DNA of 64,000 nucleotides from Nemertoderma westbladi (GCA_032718475.1 JAUCBJ010008614.1:1-64000), one strand, 5' to 3'. Positions 25,951-40,327 are shown, numbered from the stretch's first letter. Notes: generated from the sequence alone by a model not told the origin. Program-made: numbers and translations.

Positions 25951-26455
25951 GGGAGCAATAATTGATTTCAACTTTTTTTTAATTAATTCTTGAAAGCAAA
26001 GAATAAGTCTGTCAATCATTGATGAAATATAATGGCTTTGTGTTGGTCTGTCTGTCAAAATATAACAGAAAGACAGTCAGCCAGATAGACCATCTAAGAA
26101 CCCTTTAAACGTTAAAACAGACATAAGAAATGGAATCATAGACCAGGAAAATCCATATAACAACATTTTCAGTTGTGTATTTCATTCATGATTTATGACT
26201 GACAGACAGACAGGCCAAAAGACAAACAGCAAAAATTGTACAATACGTGTGTCTCTTGAATATTGTCAGACAAAACCGACTGACAGACAGGCATACAGCT
26301 ATAACTCGAGAACTAAAAGAGATCTCACTATCTCCTTTTCAGTTTTGAAATCGACTTTAAATTTTGATCCAGAATCCGGGAAATTTTTATTGATTTTTTT
26401 TAATTTTTATCACATACACATGCCCTTAAAATATTATAACAACTTTTTTAAAGAT

Positions 26456-26760
26456 GGCAATGACGTCCGCGTGGGTTCGAACTGGTGACCTCCATGTTGT
26501 AAGTCTGGCGCTCTAACCATTCCGATAGCGGCTCAGGTAAAACCTAGACCTGGATATTGACTGGTATTGACAGATGGGAGGCCATGAGGAGGTAAATTGC
26601 GGACATACAAGGTATCAGATAGTATTTCCAGGTCTATATTTTACATGAGCCGCTAGCTGAATGGTTAGAGCGTCAGACTTCCAACCCGGAGGTCACCAGT
26701 TCGATCCCACCTGGACGTCAATGCCCACTATTCTAAAAGCTGGGCCCATTGAAAGCTATA
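26456..26760. repeat. Head-to-head pair of family A repeats near the METTL3 exon 1 donor
   Basis: Partial minus-strand copy 26456-26555 abuts a full plus-strand copy 26561-26760. Confidence 0.85.
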
Positions 26761-26838
26761 AATATATATGTTCAAGTGTTGTGTAATTAATATAGATATT
26801 TTAGATGGATAAACGGCTTGGTCGGTTTGCTAACTTAC

Positions 26839-27933
26839 TTTCATATCGAAGGTTCGGACATCCGACTGAACCCACTGTGCCGGAAACGCGATGAACTTAT
26901 CCATGGGGACCACGGCCTTGGGGGTCCCGGTGGCGGGCGAGTCAGTACCGGAACCCGCCACCGGGCTGGCCAACACGACCGGGGGCTGATGCTCGACCTC
27001 GTAATGGACGTACTTGCAGCTCTGCATGTGGAAGCAAGTGTTGAGGAAGGAGCAATCCCCTAGAGACTCGTCGGTGTGCGGTTGGATGATTTTCTTGAAG
27101 TGGGATTTACGGCAAACACCGTTGGGGTCGGCTCGCAAACATTCTTCCCGAGTCCCATGCAAACAGAAAGCCACCAAAGATGTCCCTTCTTCTGACTTAA
27201 ACTTATCCAGCTGATTCAACTCCTTAGCTGTAGGAGTTGAAAGGATTGAAACAATCTCGTCGTTGAGTTTCTTCGATTGGCCTTCTTTTACGGAGGATGT
27301 CGCGAGCAGATCGTGTAGATCGACCGAGGTTTTATCCCGTTTGTACGCGGGTTCTACGTCGTCGATTTCGCGTTTCCGTTTACGATTTGCGTCGGAACCG
27401 TCGACGTTGGCCCCGTTACGAGCCTCCGATATCGCGGAGACTTTCGAGATGTTCACCTGGTGGATCTCGAGACTCGGTCCATCCAAAGAGCTGCTCTCTC
27501 GCACCTCGATCAGCTGTTGGACGGCGAACTTCTGCAAGAGATTCTCAACGTCCGATACGCTTATCTCTCCCGGTAAATCCATCGTTTTACAAATTTGGTT
27601 TCGGATTTGCGTGGACAGCACCGGTAGATCGACGCAGCTCTGTAGTAAACATTCCACCAGTTTCCCTTCAAGAACATCGTTGCTCGCTGTGCATTCCGCT
27701 TTAGATATAGGGATTTTAATATCCTCAATTAGCGGTTTAATATCAGGTTTTATATCGATCCATTTCGCTTCTGCTTTGATAGGCCTACCCGAAGGATTTT
27801 CGCCATCGTTGTAACTATCTGTGAGTACGGATTGTAAAGCCTGACGCTCCTTTTTTCGTCTAGCCAATCTCTCACGCAGTCCCTCATTCTTTTGTCTTAA
27901 CGCTTGTATTTCTGTCCACGTATCGGTAGGCAT
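26839..27933 (-). CDS. METTL3: METTL3 coding exon 1 (N-terminal leader, two CCCH zinc fingers, start of MTase domain)
   Basis: ORF contains FCLHGTREEC...CRKSHFKKIIQPHTDESLGDCSFLNTCFHMQSCKYVHYE and PAQWVQSDVRTFDMK, matching METTL3; ends AAA|gtaagt, phase 0 (365 codons). Confidence 0.96.
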
Positions 27934-29269
27934 GGTTGGCTCGTATTTAACTACCGGTCCGGTACACAGGTAGAGGTAGGCCTACCTATCTGTCTGACTG
28001 TCATATTGAACGTAAGGTGTAAGGTAACATAACGGTAACAACAACAGCTCAGCAGCTGCTTACTCTACTGTGACGTGGCTTAGTGACAATCTGACAATTT
28101 TAAAAATAACGGGTATACCGGCAACTTTTCGCCGCATCCAGGTATCCGTCGTCTGTATGCTGGTATGCTATCCGTAGGGCCTACAGGCCTATGTCCAGAT
28201 GTCAGTCAGTCAGTATGTATTTGCCGTAATCGGTACCATGTCAGTATGTAGGCCTACATGTACGTACATACTGACATACGGCTGTACGGATACGGCAGTA
28301 CGGCAAATGCATAGGGCAGTAGGGCCTACGGATACAGGGATACGGATACGGCGAAAAGTTATACCCAAAAATAACTGTGAACTGGTTAACTTGTAGGTCT
28401 ATAGGCCTAGTATAGGTGTAGGCATGGTAGGCATATTACCAATTGGGGCGTAGTTTTAGCCTAATACAGGTAGGCCAGTCAGCAGCCAGTAGGCGTTCTT
28501 AGGCGTTACGCCTATTTTAATTTCGCGAATACTTAATTTCGATATTCACCATATAAGATATCTTTTAGGAAAGTAGAATGTTATAATGGTAGGCTTTTCT
28601 AACAAAAACAATAAACTAAATTTAGAACACGGTTTGTGCAGTTTACTGTAAAAGGTTTACTTATATCAGTATATGCACTAATTTTTCATTATTAATTTAA
28701 CATTAACACTATGCTGCTATGAGAAGGCTGAAGCCCTGAAACGACACCCGAATTAGCAATTTGCGTACGGTAGGTACTAGCAGCCCACTACTGGGGCGGT
28801 GAGCAATTATTGACATACAATACAGCAATGCTGCAATAGTAATGTGTAGTCTATATTCTATAATCACGATCCGATCATCTGATCAAAGTAAGACATATAC
28901 TACTGACTACTTCCACTTACGACCTACTTACTGACTACTGCGGTGTAAACTGTATGTATATTGCAGAGGGAGGGGGGGCTGGACGCAATAAAAATTAATC
29001 CCTCTCCATGGGAAATTCGACGCAAATAACAGCTGACAGGCTGATTACTCTTAAAAATAAATCTGTATCCTGTCTGCCTGTTCTATTCTGTTTAATTTAT
29101 TGTTTTGGTTAAAAACATTTCAGTACACTACTACCAACACTGTAACCTACTCATTTCCCTAAATTAGGAATTTAACATTGAGGCGGGATATTAATTCGCC
29201 AAGATGGGATTTGCGTCCAGTTTTCCCCCCGTCTCGTATATTGGCAGACAGCCATCTCTAAAAAATTTT

Positions 29270-29412
29270 ATAACTTTAGTTGGGCACAGCTTTGCAAAGT
29301 CGGCAATGAAGTCCAATTGGGATCGAACTGGTGACTTCAGGGTTGGAATTCTGACGCTCATCTAACCATTCAGCTATCTGGCTATCGGCTCAGGTAAAAG
29401 ATAGACCTGTAA
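29270..29412 (-). repeat. Family A tRNA-like repeat (partial)
   Basis: gttgggcacagctttgcaaagtcggcaatg...gggatcgaactggtgac...cggctcaggtaaaagatagacctg. Confidence 0.8.
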
Positions 29413-29925
29413 ATACCCCCCAACACCAACACCATTACAAACGGGAGTATTCTACCCCCCATTTCTCAACGCCTGAAACTGTACAGTTTATTAATTGAAA
29501 AATTCTTAGACGATGTTTAATGCTGTAAATATGTATTGCCATCTCGGCACACAATAGAATTGTGCAATGCCAGATCTATCATAGAGTATCATATATAATA
29601 AAATTATGATGGTTTCACAACATTTACGTCAACTGCTGATGGTGACACAGATTCAATGGAAGTTCTATTGGGAGTTCTCCAGGGTGACACACTTGCGTAA
29701 TTCTTTATACATAATTATGTATGGGTTTGAGTATAATACATATATACTAAGAGACCCAGTAAGGACCCATTATGGTGCATCGCGATGGCACAAAATTGGG
29801 ATCCGTGAAGACATAGACGAAATTTGAAGAAATTTTTTTTGCCTTATTTTTTTACCATTTGGCAACTTTTGTGCACCGGTAGAACAATGAAATCGAAAAA
29901 AAGTAAAAAACGCACCGCCCTATTA

Positions 29926-31205
29926 TACAGTAGGCATATTTCCAATTTGCGTGTCGTTTCAGCCTATGGAAGTATTTCTGGGCTTCTAAATTGGCTGTTT
30001 CTTCAATAAGCTCACCTCATTGGCTAACATTCTCCCATAGCCAAAAGGTATGTCGGTTCAGCCCAATTGGCAGAAGGGGTGTCGCTTGGGGGAAATCACT
30101 TTATTACTTGTAAATTTTACTTAGGCCTGCCTACTCCTTCCGTATTAAACAGGTAAATCACAATTATATTGTCATATTCACTAATGTCTGGTGTTATTTG
30201 TTACCACACAATTTGTATTGGGTTTAGTTAATTAACAAATACTACTGCCATATATAATTATATTATATATTAATTCACAATAATATAATAATAATAATAT
30301 AATATTTGGGGGGGGGGGGGGTGTGGAGGGTGGGGTCAATAAAGGGAAATACTTGTCATTAGTTTTTGTCGCCTTTAACTTAATAACCAATGAGTTTGAT
30401 TTAAATCTTAAAGTTGGTAATATTTAGACATTAAATACGATCAAAATATGGGTTTTTAACCACCGCTAGCGGGTGAAATGTCTAAACATTAAACAACCTC
30501 GATTTCTTACAGTATAGTTTAGTTGTCAGTCGGTTCAAAACCTTGGGAATATAAAAACAATTAACATTATTCGTTTACAAAAGATTACAAATAATTTTTC
30601 AATGATACTTTTTAAGTGTTACTGATTGGTACATACAGTAGTCAACTTGCTTATTCAATCATTAGGCCTACTGTATATACATACAGTATGTCAGTGTGAG
30701 TACGGACAGTACAGCAGTGACAGGACAACCAGGCGTAGTCTTATTTAAAAACAATAGGACTATCCTGCTAGAGCTACCTCTATCAGTCTTAAGGTCAAAG
30801 GCAGAAAGGGTCTACCTACAGTAGTACCTATAACTGACCACGCAGTGAAGCTCACAGTCCGCTTACCCTGGGCCTACCTATTTTTACCTGTTACCATAGT
30901 AGGCCTACTGATCTATTACCAATTATTGACCGAGCCTACAGGCGTAGGCAGATACTCATGAGCTCAGCAGGCTGTCAGGAGCTTTAGCTTTGAATATTTT
31001 TATCTGTCAGTACCGATACCGATACTCACTCAGACAGTTTCCCCAAGCGACATCCCTTTTGGCAATTAGGCTGAACCGAGACACCTTTTGGCTATGGGAG
31101 AGTGAGAGCCAATAAAATGAGCTTATCGAAGGAACAGCCAATTAGAAGCCCAGAAATACTTTCATAGGCTGAAACGACACCCCAATTGGAAATATGCATA
31201 CAGTA
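29926..31205. mobile_element. MITE-like element with ~165 bp terminal inverted repeats
   Basis: 29926-30092 is the reverse complement of 31040-31205 (gcatatttccaatt...gtcgcttgggga); TA-flanked ends. Confidence 0.8.
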
Positions 31206-31971
31206 GACATGAGTCACATTTACTTAGCATTTAATCTTTAATGGACAGATTTGTGTTGTATCCCCGTGGTGTAAATTTTATATATGAATGAATATTGTAT
31301 ACCGGTACATCTGTCAATAATAATAATAATAATAAATACCCTAGTTGTATTGGTAATGATTATTGTGAATTTAATACAAATACTATCGTTTTTTAACAGC
31401 GCTGATTTCGATTAAACAAGTTCTACTAATTAATCTTATTATAAATTATTGTGATAAATTCAGAAGAACGTGATAAATATGTTTAACCATAACATAGCAA
31501 AACAAATACCGTAATAACAATTAATATCAAACTATCCCCGTGATATTATAATATTTATTCCAAAATTACATTACTCAACGCCGTTAGTATTAACAGCGAG
31601 TTGTTATCTTACAACTTTAGAGGTCATGACAGTATTGTATTGGTGTAATATTATTTATCTAATGTCCCGACGGCGAGTTGTAAAGTCAAACCGTCATGGT
31701 TACCACATAAACAATAGTTGGTATTTATTATTAACTGCCTGACAGCAAGATAGCCTGACTACCAGTAGCTATAAACTATTAACATGGCTCCAAACGCCAC
31801 CATAAATATAAGCTAACTTATTTATAACATAATTTATGTCATTATTACAATTATTTATACAGCAACTAATATAATTTGTGCAGTTTCTATCACTTATTAT
31901 GTATATTTACAATCATTTCGTAATGTTATAATATTGGAATAAAACTACATACATACTTGTTGCAAAGTACT

Positions 31972-32303
31972 TTACAGTGTTCTGATCCTCGTGGCTTTAT
32001 TTTCACTCACTCACTACGTTCGTTCGTGTAACAAAGCCACTCGGATCATCACACTGTAAAGTGCGACTTTACACACAAGTATGTAAATAGTTATTACAGT
32101 GTTCTGATCCTCGTGGCTTTATTTTCACTCACTCATTAACGTTCGTTCGTGTAACATAGCCACTCAGAACATCACACAGTAAAGTGCGACTTTACACACA
32201 AGTATGTAAATAGTTATTACAGTGTTCTGATCCTCGTGGCTTTATTTTCACTCACTCACTAACGTTCGTTCGTGTAACAAAACACTCGGAACATCACACT
32301 GTA
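31972..32303. repeat. ~122 bp tandem triplication at the end of a dispersed repeat also present at 16725-17395
   Basis: ttacagtgttctgatcctcgtggctttattttcactcactc occurs three times; 31760-31970 matches 16729-16950. Confidence 0.85.
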
Positions 32304-32647
32304 ACCTGCTAAGTGCAAAACAGCGTACGGCATTATATGTCAAAGCTTAAAGGGCATTTGAAAGCGTAACGATTCACGATTTATTTATTGCACTCGCTCG
32401 CACGTTCTTAAAAATAAGTAGGTATAAAGTCTTAAAGTTCTTGCATCTTAAAGTAGGTATAAAGTAACACTATATAACACGACGTAAATGCCGTTAATAA
32501 GTTAAGTTAAAAATCGAAATATACATAGAATGCAAATATTGCACATTAAAGTACCGCGCCGACTTCTCATTAAGGTTAAAAAACAATAAAAAACTTGGCC
32601 TAATGTTATATTGCTTGTTGTACTTTAGTTACTTAAATCAAGTTGTT

Positions 32648-32868
32648 TTACACCTTTGCCTCTTCCAATTCTTTTTCGAGTAATTTCAGTTCAGTGGCAT
32701 GTTCTGACAACATATCTATTAGAATTTCGGTTTTGAGTTTTAGTAAGTTATTCTCCGATCTAAGAGATGAGTTGGTATGTTTCAACTGATTGTATTCTTT
32801 GTTAGAAACCCCAGCATCTCCAGTTCCACTGGGTGGGTGTTTGCTACTGGATTCCAGTACCCAATTCC
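32648..32868 (-). CDS. CBY1: Chibby-family protein coding exon 2 (coiled coil)
   Basis: ctttcag|GG AAT TGG gives (G)NWVLES...LRSENNLLKLKTEILIDMLSE...LLEKELEE, the Chibby ENNLLxLK..IL.DML signature; total 135 aa. Confidence 0.9.
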
Positions 32869-34014
32869 CTGAAAGAGTTACAAATATTAAGTTGTGTTGG
32901 ACAGGTTGTTTACGAGCTGAACTGGTCAAATGGAAGTGGCTAGAATTTATGATCCTTAGTTTACCACAATTTGTAAAATGTAGGAAGTCATTAAATGCAG
33001 TAATGCAATGCAAACCATAGTTATCGTTGAGAGAGCCTATCCTTAAAAATGAAATCTTCAGAAATCCGTGTTTACAGTAGTGGGCAAGTTGTATTAGGTC
33101 AAAAACTGTATTTGATTTGTGTCACTTCATGTAATTAATAATTTCGCAAACCAAGATATTTTGTAGAATGAGGACATTTAATGTAATGTACATATTAGCC
33201 CGTATGGCGAATTTACTTTTCATATTGATACATAAAAGTGTATGTGTCCGCAGTCGTTATACCAGCTTAAAGGAAAGCAAATATGTATTAAACTGGGAAG
33301 TTAAATAAATAGTAAGTTTCAAAAATAACCCCGAAAATATGGCAGAACATATTAAAATACTAATTCTTCAATAATGCGTTGGGGCAATGCAATTTAGTAC
33401 CAAAAAAATTTACATCACAATAAAAAAGGTTATAATAAATAATATGTATGTATATTATGCCTATGGCTATGCGTCTATTTTATTGTTATTCAGTTAAGAG
33501 GGCCTACGACTGCTACCAGCAGTCTAACTACACTACTGTATTGTGCTATTTCGGTTTATTTTGGGAATTTCTGAGGTCTGTCGACTATAAGGTAATAAAT
33601 AATTATGAATTATTAAAGTAGAATAGGTAATGTTAAACGATAAATTAAACATTTTTTAAAATCATATAGGACTTTGTCTATAATTCCATCATCTTCACAA
33701 TTCAATATATAATTGTGAATCACATTGAAGTTTAGACGTATATTTATCATTAAAATAATAAAATGTGAATAATATATAAGAAAATCTTAAACTATCAGTA
33801 AAATTACAGAATTAAAGATTCCATATAAGTAATGATACTGTGTTTATGAAACTACCAACTTTAAATACACAAAATTAGTATACATGCACAAGGATAATGA
33901 AAAATTAATTATTATAAATTACATACTAGATTCAAGATTGTAAGATATGTAGCATCTGTGAGGCCTCTAAAGGACCCCATCGTCTGAAGGGGAGAGGGGG
34001 GGGGGGGGGGGGGA

Positions 34015-34505
34015 TCTGCGCTGCCACATGGAGGAGTTCCAACGCCACAGGATAACGGTAGCAGCTGGGAGAGGTGTCGAATTGAGCCACCAGCGGTTGT
34101 ACCACGCCTCAGAATCTGGCAATCACCCGAATGGTTGAGGAAGAGTGGGGATCCCAACCACCTAGGGCCTCAACAACCAAAGGGGTAAAACCGACGCTGG
34201 AGCTCCTGCGCTCATCTGCAAGGCTGCGAGTTTGCGATTTCTGGCCATTGGTTAACTGCGATGCCAGTTGGGGAGAAAAAAGTCGGCAGGGCGACTGCGA
34301 GAACAGAACAGCATATTGTCGACGAGCAATCCCGTCTCCACCGCAGCCAACCTGGTGGTCTCCATAGGGGTCTGATGGGGAAGAGCATACGGGACAAGGG
34401 TAGGTGGGGGAGCTCATACGGATGCCGAACCAATGGCACACTGAGTGGCGATACTCGGCGTCGAGGAAATTGAGCCCTAGACTTTCTGAAAGGAGTGGAG
34501 ATTGT
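34015..34505 (-). mobile_element. Second CRE-like non-LTR fragment, in the Chibby intron
   Basis: LGLNFLDAEYRHSV...CPVC...DPYGDHQVGCGG, GFTPLVVEALGGW; internally deleted. Confidence 0.7.
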
Positions 34506-34654
34506 GTGTAGCTAAATAAAGTAGCCAAGTTAAATCAATTAGCACCATTTGAATTTCAACTGCATCGCCGAATTTAATAAATATAAACTGCTAGGCCTAT
34601 TTGATAATGATTTTACAGAAACAAACGTTATACCGGTACAGTACCGGTACCTAC

Positions 34655-34841
34655 CTCTGTCAAATACAAGATGTTCGTCATCCAAAGTTACATTGACTCT
34701 ACCATAATCAACCCCGAAATCGTGAGCAATTTGTCGGCTGTCGAGATTGCTGATATTAGAGAGAGACTGAGCACGGCGAGCCGTTGACTTCTTGGGTGAA
34801 AAACGGTGACCAGCTGCGAGATTATTACCAAATATGGGCAT
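34655..34841 (-). CDS. CBY1: Chibby-family protein (CBY1-like) coding exon 1
   Basis: MPIFGN...FSPKKSTARRAQSLSNISNLD...FGVDYG resembles Chibby N-terminus (FSPKK..RKSASLSNL); donor AGA G|gtaggt, phase 1. Confidence 0.9.
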
Positions 34842-35127
34842 TTTTTACGGACAAAATTAGCGAAATACCTAACAATATACCGGACCGATGAATAAGCTGC
34901 TTTAACTGCGGTAAGCCTACCGGTACCGGTAGGTAGGCCTGCTGTATTTACCGCACTGTACTATACTGTTAGAACATTGCATCATTGTAACAAACCAACC
35001 ACCACTCTAGTTCTAGTACTTCTAGTTATTGATACAGTATCCAGCATCCTTACTTTCAGTCTTTACTGCTTTTTATCAAAACCATCAAAACACAGTACCG
35101 GTCACCGGTAGCTTCAAAAACACTATT

Positions 35128-35153
35128 TGTTTACATTGGATCGCCATGGCAAC
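35128..35153. promoter_or_regulatory. Forkhead (FOXJ1-type) site next to an RFX X-box, upstream of Chibby
   Basis: TGTTTACA at 35128-35135 and ATCGCCATGGCAAC at 35140-35153 (one mismatch to GTYNCCATGGNAAC), about 300 bp 5' of the Chibby ATG. Confidence 0.7.
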
Positions 35154-35181
35154 CTGATTTAACAATCCCTCGACAGGGGAA

Positions 35182-35212
<31 letters not shown>

Positions 35213-36423
35213 CAGTTTTGTTTCTTAACTCACTGATCTATATAAATGTGATTCACAAATAATTACCCTTAATTAATAAATTAACATTCTAAGTTAGGAG
35301 TCTAAATATTACTGTTTGTAAACCTTTGATAAGTTGGTGGCGGCGGTATGCTGAAATGGGGATTTTTGTCATGCCGAATTTTTACTTGAATTTGATAGGT
35401 GCACCTACCCTACAGTATTAATTTGAAATGCTACTGTAGTTCAAACCAGCAAACACTTTCCTATTTATAAATTTATTTCGGAGGACTTTAATAAATCAGT
35501 GTTTGACAAAGATATTTATATTATTACAAGGAAGTAGGCCTACTATACTAAGAATTTAATAACGAACCTGTCTTTATAGACTTGGTTAGTTTTTGTCTAA
35601 AGCGGAGGCCGGCAAAAGCACGATGTACTGTAGTCCTATGTATGTACATGTAGGTCTATGTATGTATACCACCAAATGGCTTCGAAACCACTTAATGTAC
35701 ATGTATTGGAAAAGTGTAAACGCGACTATTTATAAATTGTTATCTAAAGTTCTTTTTTTTTTAAATAGACAATAACAGCTTATTTTTTACTATAACTTCG
35801 CGAGTTTTGATCGTACGGAGCTGATTTTGGGCTCATTCTATTCGGAATATAACGATTTTATTCAATCCACTTCCACTTCCAATTTTATAATTTTATTATG
35901 TTTTCTCATTAAAAAAACGCTGTTGAAAAAAGGCATCTTTTTAATAATTTTATTCCAACTTTCGAGGTTTTGCACATTAGTAATTACTGATTTCAAAAAT
36001 TTATAAGTTTAGAGGTTTTAATTTCATGCTTCGTGGCATTTCAACAATTACGTCCCAAATGCATGCACATCATAGTTTTTCAGGAATAGTTATTGGAATC
36101 GTTTAGGTGTTTAGTAAGACGTGATAAAAGGAAACCCATGGAAACCTATTCATATTTCATTTATGGTAGCAGACGGACAACTGTTGGTTGTAAATTATTA
36201 TACTGATATTATTCAATGTTTAGAGGTGTACGGATTTATTCACCTGAAGCCAAATAAACCGTATAACTACCGAGGTTGAAGGCCGTGGTTGTTATACAAG
36301 GTGTTTTTGCTGAAGGTGAATATATCCGAATATCTTTCTCTAAAACATTGAATAATATGTCTATCACTTACTTCGAACATTGTGTTGTTTTTAAACTTCC
36401 TGGTTTCACTTGGACTGCCCAGT

Positions 36424-36690
36424 GCCCAGGCCTACCCGAGTGGATACGGCGTCTGAACTGCTTACACAATAGTGTTTGGTGGTGCAGGTTCGAATCCGAC
36501 TAAAGGCTGTAGAAATTTCGCACTGTTGTGTCCCTAGGCAAGACACTTTAGACATTAGCGCCTTCGCCAACCCAGCGGTATAATGGGAACCTGGCTTTGC
36601 TGGGGTAATGATAATAAAAGCGCTTTGAGTATGCTGAGCGTAGAAAAGCGCTATATAAATAATCAATATTATTATTATATTATTATTATT
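36424..36690 (+). mobile_element. tRNA-derived SINE with V-domain-like core and L2-type tail
   Basis: B box ggttcgaatcc; core ttgtgtccctaggcaagacacttt...cccagcggtataatgggaacc; tail aagcgctttgag...aagcgctatataaat followed by (TAT)n. Confidence 0.75.
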
Positions 36691-38777
36691 ACCCGAAACC
36701 TAAGATTTTCAGATCATAATTTTCCTTGATTTTCTTATTGATTAGGTAATGTTTTGAACATCATTATTAGCGACTAATTTTAGTTTAAGTTTGCTAGTAT
36801 TTTTTATGTTGGCTAATGTTTTTTTAAAAGGAAATTTGAGTTTTTGACAAAAAACAATTAATTAAGGGGGTACACCCCCCTTAATGGACCTTTTTTGCAA
36901 ATGGCTATAATTTCTGCTTGTGTGTAGTTTTGTATATTTTATACCTTTCGGGGGATTAACATATGGCCAAAGATTGGGTTCAAAAAAAAAATTTTCAAAT
37001 TTGCGTCGCCCTCTAGCGGCCACCAGCGAAATTGTTAATTTCATTAAAAACACTAACTAGTCTCACAATTTTGGGCGAAAATTTTCGAAACTTGGTTTTT
37101 CTGAATCAGCATCCACGGCTCCACAAAACTTATCGGTTACATTTTTTATTTAGGTCTTAAATATTTTTTAAATATTATTAACTACAGTAATATTAATTAT
37201 TACTTATTAGATATTAACTAATTTCAAGAAATTAATATGGCACAATTCAAAATTCTAACCGATAACTTTTAATCAAAACCCGAAAAGAAATCAAACAAAA
37301 AAAATTTCGAAAATTGGTTAAGAAATGGCTGAGTAGTAGTATTTTGAATGTGAAAAATACAATTCCGAGATAAACGCATTTAAAGTTTAAGAACAATATA
37401 TTTCAAATGTTCCCGCTATTTTCAGTACTGGTATCTCCTTTTCTTTTCCCATTGGTTATCCCCTATCCATATTTTGTGATTTTTCAATGGATTTCATGAA
37501 ATTTGGTTAAAAAAAACCCCTACCCACTTTTAACAACCTGTTAAAATAATTTTAGAGTGCTTGCCAAAAAACACTTCGCGCAGCACGTGAACAAATTTCA
37601 TTTTGGCGTATTAATTTGATCGCATACTATTTCGTCATTTAGTAATAAATAGTCATGGAATAATGAGACAACCTTAAGAAACATTCAAAATTATGTAAAA
37701 ATTTCCAGATAATTTTATAATAAGCCTTTACACAGAACATTAAACTTTGCGCAGCACGTGAAACCTTCGCGCAGCACGTGAGACATTTGCGCAACAGGTG
37801 AAGGATTCACGTAGCACTTAAATTCTTCACAAAGCACGTTAATTAATCGAGCACCTCGGAAAGCTTTTTATTTTAATCAGAATGAGAAGCCTTCACGCGG
37901 CACATGAAAAGTTCATGGATCACATGAAGACTTCGCGCAGCACGTGAATTATTCTCAGAGCTTGCGGAATTAAAAAAAAATAAGGTTGTGGTTAATGGTT
38001 GTTTCCCCGAATTATTATTACTAGCTAGCTCTTGTTATATGATGGTTCAAATTTGTTATTACTAGGAGACAACAAGTCCATTAGACATTGTTCAATATGT
38101 ATAATACAAAACTCACAAATGTCTATTAAATATATATTAATTAAAGTTTTACGGACATGTTGACAGACAGACAGACAGACAATCTGAGAGACAGACTAAG
38201 ATACAGACATAGTCATTAGATAATTCCAAATATGAAAACAGACATCGACATTAAGAAAAATCCTAACAGCAAACAATTCAGATTGCTTATTTTATACCCT
38301 TTTTAATATTTCGATGGACAGACAGACAGACATACAGACGGAAAACCAGCCATTACTCGAGAAGTAAAAGAGATCTCGCTAAGCCGTTTCCAGATTTGAA
38401 ATCCGCATTAAATTCTACTCTAGATAAAATAAAAAAACAAAAAACGAAAATTTTGACCTGAGGGGGGGTGTTCCCCCCCCCCCCCCCCCCTTTAAGTGTT
38501 TTTCAATTGTTTAATGTTTAAGCAACATTTGGTATTTTTTCTGTTGTTAGCTAGTCATTTAAGTTTCATTATTGTTTTGTTCAGAAATGGAAAAAATGAG
38601 GAAGCACGTCACCGGGTTTTCAACCAGGTTTTGACCTATCTGAGCTCATTTTTACCATTTCTGAACAAAACCATTATATTACATAATTAATTACAGTTGC
38701 ATTAATTAATAGCTAAACTCCAATTAATTTAATTACATAAATTAAATCATTAACTGAAGGCCTCTACGATATTTTAG

Positions 38778-38916
<139 letters not shown>

Positions 38917-40327
38917 GGACCCGCAACAGTTTTAGACGTTTATGTTCAGAAAACGTTTACTTGTATTCGTTATAGAGAACATGGACTCGTATTCATTTAT
39001 TTAGTTAATTTGATCTCCATTTAATTACATATTTCTGGCACAGTTTTAGAATTAATTAACAAATAAACTGCCTCTGTTTCCGTTGTTATATAATATGTAA
39101 CTCCAACAGGCTTATAGTAAATTATAAATACAGGAGTAGGATGTAAAGTCATTATCGCTATCGTCAAACCCTGACAAAGATATAAAGAAATGCCCGAAAA
39201 CCCCGAAATTCCCACTACCAATAAGTTAACATTCAAAATAATAGCAAAATAATAATTTGGAGCAAATTTTAATAAGTTATAGGCGTAAAGGTATAATATT
39301 ATAGAATGTTACTGGATAACAGTACTTATTTTATCGTGAAACAGTATAATTGCTGAAATTTTATTGAATTATACACGTTCGTGGGGCCTTCGCGCAGCAC
39401 GAGAGCCTATATTAGAAAGTACATTTATACTAATCTCTATTAGATAAACGAAAACCGCCTTTCCCAAAATATATATGAGTGAGGCCGATGCTATCAGTTT
39501 GTGATAAACTAGTTGTAAAAACATAGATCCATTTCAGTTTGCATTTATACACTTTAACTGTCATTTGTAAACCTCCTAACTAGGGCTATTTAAGTTAAGT
39601 ATGAAATTTTTAGTTTTAAAATAGTCTTCTCCTTTATTAGCCTCGTTGCGCTCGTCCTGTTTTGTCTTAAAATTATTTTCCTAAACGGAGACTAACGACC
39701 TTTATAACGTCTCCTTGAAACTGTGAGAGTAACTGCTGATTTATGGCAGATGGATACCCGTATCCACTGTAAACTCGTTGCGTTCGTCTTTGACTGTTGC
39801 TATGGAAACTATCCACCATATTTAACCATACAAAGGAAATTCGTTTCTTTAATATTACGGTAAACTATTCCAGTAATTATTCCTGAAATACAACGATTTG
39901 GATGTACAGTATTTGGGACGTAATTATGACAATACCGCTAAACAAAACTTCTAATCCCACATATAATTATCCGCAATTATTGCTCTATTAGAGTGCAAAA
40001 TCTCGAATGTTAAAACATAATTTTAAAAAAGATGTATTTTTTTTATAAAATTGGAAGTGGATTTTAATAAAATCGTTATATTCCGAACAGAATGAACCCA
40101 AAATCAGCTCCGGACGATCAAAACTCGCGAAAATTTACGAAAAATAAGCTGCTGCCTAATTTAAAAAATGGACTTTAGTTGATAAATAAAAAAGTTGAGG
40201 ACGATTTGATGTGCGATATTCGAAATATTTGCATAATACTGCATCAACATTATGGAACGCGAAATTAAATACCCAGAACTACACTTTGATCTCGCGCTCC
40301 CTAGCATAGAGCCAATGTAAAACCACA

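Noticed and set aside
26818-27814. Plus-strand ORFs overlapping METTL3 exon 1
   Set aside because: Antisense shadows of a GC-richer coding exon with no recognisable motifs.
39796-39809. Perfect X-box GTTGCTATGGAAAC
   Set aside because: Lies in repeat-like sequence about 5 kb from Chibby with no adjacent gene start, so function cannot be supported.
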